Assembly: GCA_002469525.1 (NCBI GenBank) | Contig: DKME01000129.1 | Location: 8,217 to 50,335, forward strand | From: Actinobacteria bacterium UBA7422 | Lineage (GTDB): Bacteria > Actinomycetota > Actinomycetes > S36-B12 | Reading direction: 5' to 3' | Length of the DNA: 42,119 nt | Shown: piece by piece, positions 1-6,377 of the stretch | How positions within the stretch are numbered: position 1 is the first letter of the stretch | How the letters are laid out: every line of letters begins with the position of its first letter | Notes under the pieces: generated by a model | What the model saw: the letters and a program-made list of their open reading frames with translations, nothing else | The model's database searches: none | Told to the model about the DNA's origin: nothing | Made by a program: the position numbers and the translations under genes

Positions 1-24
1 AAGGAAGTTTCCCCTCACTTTTTC

Positions 25-2112
25 ATGTGGTCTGGACGTTTCCTGCGGAGGTTCCCTTCGCTACTAGTTGTGCTCGGTATCGGAATAGTCATTGTGCTGT
101 TTTGCCAGTCGATCATCCCTTTGCGCGTGGAACACCTCTTGGAAGAAGGGGAGTGGCATACCGAACCAATCGTGGCTTTGGCAGTACTGATCATTATTCA
201 ACTTGCTGTCAACTATTTGGTAATTTTACGAGCTGACAGGTTGGCTATCGCGACCGCGAGGAAAATTCGGGAGGAAATGTACGACTCGGCCCTTGTCGAA
301 AATAGTGATGAACTTTCGCGGACCGAAATTGCTATCCGGCATACCGGTGACGTTGACAACGTGCAGGTGGCGGTTGAAAAATCCTTGGCCGAAGGAATTC
401 CCGGGGTTCTTCGCATAATTTTAAGTTTGATCCTGCTGTCGTTTATTTCCCTCCCTGCGGGAATCGTCATGATTTTGGCCACCGCAGTTTTCCTCGCTCT
501 ACGATTTGTGATTTCCCGGCGTCTTTTCCAATTGGATCAGGTGCGCCTAACCGAATTAAGCATGGTGGCAACAAGTGTCGACGAGGCAATAATTTCAGCG
601 CGGCCACTCAACGGTCTTGAACTCATTAACTGGGCTAAGGACAGGTTTGATGCCCGTTTGATTGCCCTGTCGAACACTGCCCACCATGTGGGAGTGCTGG
701 CTGCTCGAATGCATACGGCTGCGCACACCGCTGGCCTACTGGGACTTTTTGTCGTAGTGGTCGTTGCGGTGGGACCTTCTGCAGAAAACGTTGGGGTCAT
801 TGCTGCCTCACTGTTGTATATCGAAGGGGTCGTTCGCGGACTTGAATCACTCCCAGGTTGGATTCGGTCGGTTCAGCTAGCGGGGGCCAGCATTGCCCGG
901 ATCCAACAAATCCTTGACTGGAAGGCAACAGACGCATTAATTGATGCAAATATGAAGTCGTTGACCCCGGAGACGATTCCTCCCGGTGTCACCGGTGTTG
1001 TGGTTCCCACTTCAATTGACGTTGAAATTGTGTTGGAAAGTATGGCTAGGACTCTGGGTGAGCACTCACTTTTTGTTCCTGCCAATCCATTGACACTTGA
1101 TGTCAGTGTTGAAGATTTGGCAGCAGGGTCCGGCTTGAAGTGCAGCGTCGAATCATTCCAGGAGATATGCGAAAAAGTTGGTTTGGACTTTGGAGACCCC
1201 CTGGACCAAGCTTCGATTTCAATAAAGACGAGTTTGTCAATGCTGACCGTCAACGATCGACAGAGGCTCGCTATCGCAATAGCGATCGGACAGGAACCAA
1301 AGGCGTTGCTGCTGGGCCCTTTGTTGGCGCTTTCAGACCCCGACTCGGACCTTCACTTGGGAGAACTGGCTGCACAGTTCAACATCCCTCGGGTCCTTTT
1401 CGCACTCAAGGTGAGTGAGCAGGTCCCTTGGACCGAATCGATAGTTTTCCACTCTCAGGCGGGCCCACTTATTGGTGAGCATCAAACCTTGCTGATCGAG
1501 CAACCTCAATATGCGGAAATCTGGGAAAGAAGGCTCAATGCGTCAGAAGTGGATCTGTCTGTGTTGGGCTTGGAAGGGGAGTCTGCCTTCGCACTACAAG
1601 CAAGGCTTGTAACGGAGAAGTACGAGGCCGGGGATTACATCTACCGCGGTGGCGAATTAGCAGATCGAATCGTGTTCCTGATCTCTGGCCGGATCGAAGT
1701 GAACGTTAACGACACAGATGGAGATGCACACCGCGTAGCCGTGATCGGACCTGGTGCCCATTGCGGCGATCTCCGGTTGACCGTAGGTGAGCGTCGCACT
1801 GAGAGCGCGATCGCGCTAGAAAACTGTGTTGTTCGCACTCTGAGCCGGGAAGCAATTGCGGTCGGGGTCACCGGACTCCTGGACCGATCCCCCGTAGAAC
1901 GGAAAATTGTGGCCGCGCTGTTGAGAAACGGACCTTCATCGGAAATTGAACTTATTCCGCTCCTTCCGGGTATTTCGCCCGAACAGATCAAGAAAGCCTT
2001 CGCTCTATTGCTCTCGGACGGAGCGATTGCCGAAGAAAATGGCAAATATCGTGTCCAGCAGAAACGCGCCATTAAGAGTGGAACGGAGTCGCTCTTTGAT
2101 CTCTTGGGTTAA
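25..2112 (+). CDS. ABC-exporter-type membrane protein with a degenerate (pseudo) nucleotide-binding domain, fused to a C-terminal cyclic-nucleotide-binding domain and a winged-helix-like tail
   Basis: 695-aa ORF. aa 1-300 look like a six-helix ABC_membrane domain. aa ~315-505 align to an ABC ATPase but every catalytic motif is degraded: Walker A region is GVTGVVVPTSID (no GxxGxGK[ST]), signature is LTVNDRQR (vs LSGGQRQR), Walker B is ALLLGPLLALSD (no D-E), H-loop is FALKV. aa ~520-615 carry cNMP-binding hallmarks (YIYRGGELADRIVFLISGRIEV ... GPGAHCGDLRL..GERRTESAIAL). The frame is open back to nt 1, so the true start could lie upstream of the window. Confidence 0.6.
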   Translation: MWSGRFLRRFPSLLVVLGIGIVIVLFCQSIIPLRVEHLLEEGEWHTEPIVALAVLIIIQLAVNYLVILRADRLAIATARKIREEMYDSALVENSDELSRTEIAIRHTGDVDNVQVAVEKSLAEGIPGVLRIILSLILLSFISLPAGIVMILATAVFLALRFVISRRLFQLDQVRLTELSMVATSVDEAIISARPLNGLELINWAKDRFDARLIALSNTAHHVGVLAARMHTAAHTAGLLGLFVVVVVAVGPSAENVGVIAASLLYIEGVVRGLESLPGWIRSVQLAGASIARIQQILDWKATDALIDANMKSLTPETIPPGVTGVVVPTSIDVEIVLESMARTLGEHSLFVPANPLTLDVSVEDLAAGSGLKCSVESFQEICEKVGLDFGDPLDQASISIKTSLSMLTVNDRQRLAIAIAIGQEPKALLLGPLLALSDPDSDLHLGELAAQFNIPRVLFALKVSEQVPWTESIVFHSQAGPLIGEHQTLLIEQPQYAEIWERRLNASEVDLSVLGLEGESAFALQARLVTEKYEAGDYIYRGGELADRIVFLISGRIEVNVNDTDGDAHRVAVIGPGAHCGDLRLTVGERRTESAIALENCVVRTLSREAIAVGVTGLLDRSPVERKIVAALLRNGPSSEIELIPLLPGISPEQIKKAFALLLSDGAIAEENGKYRVQQKRAIKSGTESLFDLLG

Positions 2113-2247
2113 TGGGCGCTTCGTGTGCCCGTGTAAACACGGTATTGCCTCTGTGCAGGGCAACATAAAATGCAGAGTAATGTTCCCAATCAATAGTTGT
2201 TCCCAGCCAATAGTGAAGTTTGCTAGCCAACATTCAAGGAGAAGCTC

Positions 2248-3012
2248 GTGACCAAGGTCGTTTCGATTCACTCATTTCGTGGTGGAACAGGTAAAAGCAA
2301 TACCAGTTCGAATATTTCGGCGCAATTAGCTGCTATGGGCAACCGGGTTGCAGTGGTTGACACCGACATCCAAAGCCCCGGAATCCACGTGCTCTTTGGT
2401 TTCGCGGACGATCTGGACAACACCCTCAATGACTATTTGTGGGGCAAAATCCCGATCAAAGACGCTGCACATGAGGTCACCGACCGAATTGCGCCCAATG
2501 TAACCGTCGCAGACGGTGGTGCGCTGTACCTGGTCCCTTCAAGTATGAAGTCCGGTGACATTGCCCGCGTGCTGCGTGAAGGCTACGACGTGGGAACCCT
2601 CAACGACGGTTTCCGTGATCTGGCAAAAGATCTTGATTTGGACTATTTGATTATTGACACTCACCCGGGTCTGAACGAGGAAACATTGTTGTCAATCACG
2701 ATCAGTGACGTTCTCCTTCTTCTGATGCGCCCAGATCGCCAAGACTTCCAAGGCACAGCGGTCACCGTTGATGTTGCGCGCAAACTCGGAGTCCCTGAGC
2801 TTTACTTGATCATCAATAAAGTTCCCTCCAATATTGACAAGGAAGACCTACGCGAGCAAATGAAACAGGTCTACGCAGCGGACGTCGCCGCCGTCCTTCC
2901 CCTCGCGGAAGAAGTAGTGCAAAACGCCTCGGAGGGCCTGTTCTCAATCACAAGCCCAGATCACCCATGGTCTGCCGAGATTCGCGCGGCAGTGGAAGTA
3001 ATTTCACAGTAG
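2248..3012 (+). CDS. MinD/ParA-family (SIMIBI class) P-loop ATPase
   Basis: 254-aa ORF with a GTG start 6 nt after AAGGAG (2236-2241). Deviant Walker A is SFRGGTGKSN. Switch region is VVDTDIQSPGIHV. Walker B is YLIIDTHPGL. Arg (codon 2278-2280) sits where MinD/ParA/NifH-type ATPases have the signature Lys. Confidence 0.75.
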   Translation: MTKVVSIHSFRGGTGKSNTSSNISAQLAAMGNRVAVVDTDIQSPGIHVLFGFADDLDNTLNDYLWGKIPIKDAAHEVTDRIAPNVTVADGGALYLVPSSMKSGDIARVLREGYDVGTLNDGFRDLAKDLDLDYLIIDTHPGLNEETLLSITISDVLLLLMRPDRQDFQGTAVTVDVARKLGVPELYLIINKVPSNIDKEDLREQMKQVYAADVAAVLPLAEEVVQNASEGLFSITSPDHPWSAEIRAAVEVISQ

Positions 3013-3052
3013 AGGAATATTGACATGGCCCAAGCCAAAGGAATCTGCGTTA

Positions 3053-3343
3053 ATGAGTAACAGTGAAGAGTTGCGATTCTACAACCGGATGGCAACGAGT
3101 CCACTTTTCTCAGAGGCCATAAGCGGTGCAACGAGCATTGAGTCGGCCATTGAAATTGCAGCAAATCACGGATTCGATGTCGATGAAAGTGCAATTCGAG
3201 TTGCAGCCGGAATCCAATTGACCGGATCGCGAGCGAATAATGCCAACGCTGACCCGAATCCTGAGCTATCGGAATCTGACCTTGAAGCAGTAAGTGGAGC
3301 AGGGGATTGGTGGAAGACTAACTGTGGCCCAATTAGCATGTAG
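3053..3343 (+). CDS. lanA: Nif11-like-leader lanthipeptide precursor (LanA); predicted core DWWKTNCGPISM or GDWWKTNCGPISM
   Basis: 96 aa counted from ATG 3053, with AAGGA at 3038-3042 (10-nt spacer). The N-terminus SEELRFYNRMATSPLFSEAISGATSIESAIEIAANHGFDVDESAI follows the Nif11 domain pattern. ELSESDLEAVSGAG matches the ELSDEELEGVAGG-type double-glycine leader end. The C-terminal 12-13 aa (3305-3340) hold one Thr, one Cys and one Ser. The gene sits directly upstream of a C39-ABC exporter and near a LanM. Confidence 0.7.
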   Translation: MSNSEELRFYNRMATSPLFSEAISGATSIESAIEIAANHGFDVDESAIRVAAGIQLTGSRANNANADPNPELSESDLEAVSGAGDWWKTNCGPISM

Positions 3344-3354
3344 TCCATCGGTTC

Positions 3355-3390
3355 GTATTCCCGCACTAAGTAGAATACCCGCACTATGTA
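3355..3390. repeat. Two tandem 18-nt direct repeats between the precursor gene and the exporter genes
   Basis: gtattcccgcactaagta (3355-3372) is followed directly by gaatacccgcactatgta (3373-3390); 15 of 18 positions are identical by my count. It lies in the 68-nt gap between lanA and the HlyD-like gene. Confidence 0.8.
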
Positions 3391-3411
3391 AGCGAGCAGA
3401 AAAGATCTCAC

Positions 3412-4236
3412 ATGGCTGACCAGAGTGAAGGAAACGGCAGACGTCAATCAGACGTGTTAAACGCGATCTTTGATGCCGTCGAGGAAAAACCGGAACAAGG
3501 GCCAAGAGCCGGATCAAATCTCTTTAGAGTTAAAGCGTTGGAACAAATTGATATTCCAACCCAATTGGACAACCTGCTCCCGATCACTTCCCGCAAATTG
3601 TGGATTTCACTCATCGCTGTCGTGCTGGTTCTAGCAGGTGGACTGGTTTACGCGGGAGGGGTTACTCAGATCTCTTCGGTTTCCGCCGCTGGGAGGGTTG
3701 TGCAGTCGGACGGGATCGCTGTCGCTGCGGCTCCAACTGACTTATTGCTCGCGCAAGTTCTCGTGAACGAAGGACAATTGGTCGCTGAAGGACAAGTTCT
3801 CGGTCAAGGGGTAATTCCCGGTGGTGACCAAGTGTCGATTGTGGCACCCGTCGACGGAACCGTGTGGCAAATCCTTGGAACATTGGGCCGCGTGAGCCCG
3901 GCGGGAGAAGCCGTCATGAGCATCTTGCCCGCTGGAAGTGAAAGCAATGTGCTGATTGCTCTGCCAGAGAGCGATGCAGCCGGGGTTGCTCTTGGTCAAG
4001 TAGTTGAGATTTCCAGTTCGGCGGGAACTCGGACTGGTGAGGTGTCCCACATTGATAGTGCGCCAATTCCCGCGGAAATCGCATCCGAGCGCACGGGATC
4101 GGAGTTTCCCGCGGAGACACCCATGATCATGATTGACGTCACTTTAGACGAACAACTCGATGCTGGATCCTCCGTTAACGCCGAGATTATTGAGTCCGAA
4201 CGCACGCTACTCAATCAGCTGGTGAATGTGGGGTGA
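3412..4236 (+). CDS. HlyD-family membrane-fusion/secretion adaptor (NHLM-type bacteriocin secretion protein), short form
   Basis: 274 aa. N-terminal FRVKALEQIDIPTQLDNLLPITSRKLWISLIAVVLVLAGGLVY (cytoplasmic tail plus one TM helix) is typical of bacteriocin HlyD proteins. It is followed by lipoyl-like half motifs (VNEGQLVAEGQVL ... IVAPVDGTVWQI) and a beta-barrel-like C-terminus. The stop overlaps the next gene's start (GTGA at 4233-4236). Confidence 0.65.
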   Translation: MADQSEGNGRRQSDVLNAIFDAVEEKPEQGPRAGSNLFRVKALEQIDIPTQLDNLLPITSRKLWISLIAVVLVLAGGLVYAGGVTQISSVSAAGRVVQSDGIAVAAAPTDLLLAQVLVNEGQLVAEGQVLGQGVIPGGDQVSIVAPVDGTVWQILGTLGRVSPAGEAVMSILPAGSESNVLIALPESDAAGVALGQVVEISSSAGTRTGEVSHIDSAPIPAEIASERTGSEFPAETPMIMIDVTLDEQLDAGSSVNAEIIESERTLLNQLVNVG

Positions 4237-6377
4237 GCGCTCCACGAAACCACCGGGTGAAAGTACCCACAATGCTCCAAATGGAGTCAACCGAGTGTGG
4301 TGCCGCAAGTTTAGGCATGGTGCTTGCTCACTACGGCCGATTTGAACGACTAGATGCTTTACGCGTTGCCTGTGGCGTCTCACGGGACGGAGCCACAGCC
4401 AAGAACGTTGTATCTGCAGCCCGCAGTTTTGGGCTACAGACTCGTGCGCTGAAGCGCGAACCAGAGGCCCTGAAGACTCTGACATTTCCTTTGGTCGTTC
4501 ACTGGAAGTTCTATCACTACCTGGTTGTCGAAGGCTGGTATCCCGGCGGTTGGTACGTAAATGATCCCGCTAAGGGAAGTGTCAAGATTTCCGCAGACGA
4601 ATTTGATAAGAGTTTCACCGGAATCGCTCTGGAACTGACGCCAGGTGAGGAGTTTGAAAAGTCTGGCGAACGCCCGGGTGTATTGGGCCGCCTGGTAGCA
4701 GCGTCAGGTCACATAGTGCCAGCGGTATTCGCCGCAGTAGTCATTGGACTATTGCTACTCATCCCTACACTTTTGATGCCACAAGTATTGACCTTGTACG
4801 GGAACAATCTCAACGGACTTGTGGGCATAACCGCGGTTTCAACTTTGATCGGACTGGTCCTTGCACTCGGTATTTCTTCAACGTTGCAGGCGCTGCAAGG
4901 TGCTCTCTCAATTCGGCTCTCGACAAAAATTAGCCTAAGGCTCACCGCTTCAATGGTACAGCGGCTCCTCCAACTTCCGGCTTCATTTCACGCGCAAAGG
5001 GGTGCGGCTGTAACCACTCAGAGAGCCTTGCTCATTGACGGAATGAGCGCTGGTGTCAGCGCCTTGACCCTGACCTTGGGAACGGCAGTGTTGACAAGTT
5101 TGGCTGCACTCACTGTTCTATTCCTGATCAACGTTCCCATTGGCGCAACAGCATTAGTGATTGGGCTTCTGACGTTGGTGCTCATTCGTGGAACGTTGAA
5201 TAAGGCAAAAGACGAAGCCGCAAAAGTTGTCGTAGAAACCGTGGAGGCTGGAGCGGTAATGGCTTCTTCCCTTTCCCAAATTGAGTCCATTAAGGCTGCG
5301 GGCTCAGAGGACGGGATGATCGCGCGTGGTGTTGCCGCGACTAACCGGCAATTGGAGGCTGAGCAAAAGGTAGCCATGCGCATGTTGGTCATAAGTTCAG
5401 TACCCACGTTCCTCATTGCACTGGCAAACATTGTGATCATGGGTCTGGCTGTATTTGAGATTTCCCAAGGTCGGCTAGAGCCGGGTGCACTCTTCGCGGT
5501 TATTGCTTTGACCGCAATGTTGGTGGGTCCACTCGCCCAAATCGTCAGCATGCTCGCACAGGTTCAACTCCTTCGCCCAGCGCTTGACCAAGTCGACGAC
5601 GTACTCGACTCCCCACTTGCATTGAGGCCGATTCCCACTGGGCTCGTGCCCGCCGACATTGTGGGCGATGTGCAATTGCGGAATATCAGTTTTGGTTACA
5701 GCTCCCTAGCACCGATGGTGATCAAGGGCCTTGACCTTCATCTACCAGTTGGAGGTCGGGTTGCGTTGGTGGGTCCCTCGGGCTGTGGAAAGTCCACGAT
5801 CTCCAAATTGGTCAGTGATTTATACCAACCGTGGTCAGGGGAAATCCTCATTGATTCCCTTCCACGCGAGGAACATTCTCAGGCGGTTCTCACTGACTCA
5901 ATTGCCCTCGTTGACCAAAACTTAACAATTTTTGCCGGCACAATTCGAGACAACGTCACGTTGTGGGACCCCGAAGTCACGGACGAATCCGTGATTCAAG
6001 CACTCGCCGACGCACAACTCTCACAAGACGTACTTGCTAGGCCGGGGGGACTTGAGGCGGTGCTCTCCGAGGGTGGGGCTGACCTTTCAGGTGGCCAACG
6101 TCAGAGACTTGAGATCGCTAGAGCCCTGGCTCGCAATCCGCGGATTTTGGTGCTCGACGAAGCAACAAGTGCATTAGATCCGCCAACGGAAACCCTCATT
6201 GATCAAGCTATTCGGCGCCGTGGAATCTCCGTCTTGGTAATCGCGCATCGCCTTTCCACAATTCGAGACAGTGACGAAATCGTTGTTCTGGAAGTTGGCG
6301 AAGTTGTTGAGCGAGGAACACATGAAGAACTCATGGCGGCAGAGGGCACGTATTTCGCTTTGGTGAATTCCGGATGA
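4233..6377 (+). CDS. lanT: Bacteriocin/lantibiotic ABC exporter with N-terminal C39 double-glycine leader peptidase domain (LanT / NHLM ABC1 type)
   Basis: 714 aa. C39 motifs are intact: Q16, catalytic Cys22 in STECGAASLGMVLAHYG (codon 4296-4298), His in KFYHYLVVEG and Asp in YVNDPAKG. There is a six-helix TMD. The NBD has GPSGCGKST, LSGGQRQRLEIARAL, ILVLDEATSALD and IAHRLST. Confidence 0.9.
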   Translation: MSAPRNHRVKVPTMLQMESTECGAASLGMVLAHYGRFERLDALRVACGVSRDGATAKNVVSAARSFGLQTRALKREPEALKTLTFPLVVHWKFYHYLVVEGWYPGGWYVNDPAKGSVKISADEFDKSFTGIALELTPGEEFEKSGERPGVLGRLVAASGHIVPAVFAAVVIGLLLLIPTLLMPQVLTLYGNNLNGLVGITAVSTLIGLVLALGISSTLQALQGALSIRLSTKISLRLTASMVQRLLQLPASFHAQRGAAVTTQRALLIDGMSAGVSALTLTLGTAVLTSLAALTVLFLINVPIGATALVIGLLTLVLIRGTLNKAKDEAAKVVVETVEAGAVMASSLSQIESIKAAGSEDGMIARGVAATNRQLEAEQKVAMRMLVISSVPTFLIALANIVIMGLAVFEISQGRLEPGALFAVIALTAMLVGPLAQIVSMLAQVQLLRPALDQVDDVLDSPLALRPIPTGLVPADIVGDVQLRNISFGYSSLAPMVIKGLDLHLPVGGRVALVGPSGCGKSTISKLVSDLYQPWSGEILIDSLPREEHSQAVLTDSIALVDQNLTIFAGTIRDNVTLWDPEVTDESVIQALADAQLSQDVLARPGGLEAVLSEGGADLSGGQRQRLEIARALARNPRILVLDEATSALDPPTETLIDQAIRRRGISVLVIAHRLSTIRDSDEIVVLEVGEVVERGTHEELMAAEGTYFALVNSG

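Noticed and set aside
2129-2163. Two small hairpins after the stop of 25-2112 (CCGTGTaaACACGG at 2129-2142; TTGCC...GGCAA at 2145-2163), considered as a terminator separating it from the MinD-like gene.
   Set aside because: The stems are only 5 bp, with minimal loops or bulges and no trailing T-run. I cannot decide from the sequence whether transcription stops here.
3020-3052. A TTG-start extension of the precursor ORF (MTWPKPKESAL...), and a TTGACA hexamer at 3020-3025 as a possible dedicated lanA promoter.
   Set aside because: Nif11 leaders begin MS(x)EE..., which matches the ATG at 3053, and that ATG has an AAGGA 10 nt upstream. No acceptable -10 hexamer lies 16-18 nt after the TTGACA. 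The only TA-rich hexamer is too close to the ATG.
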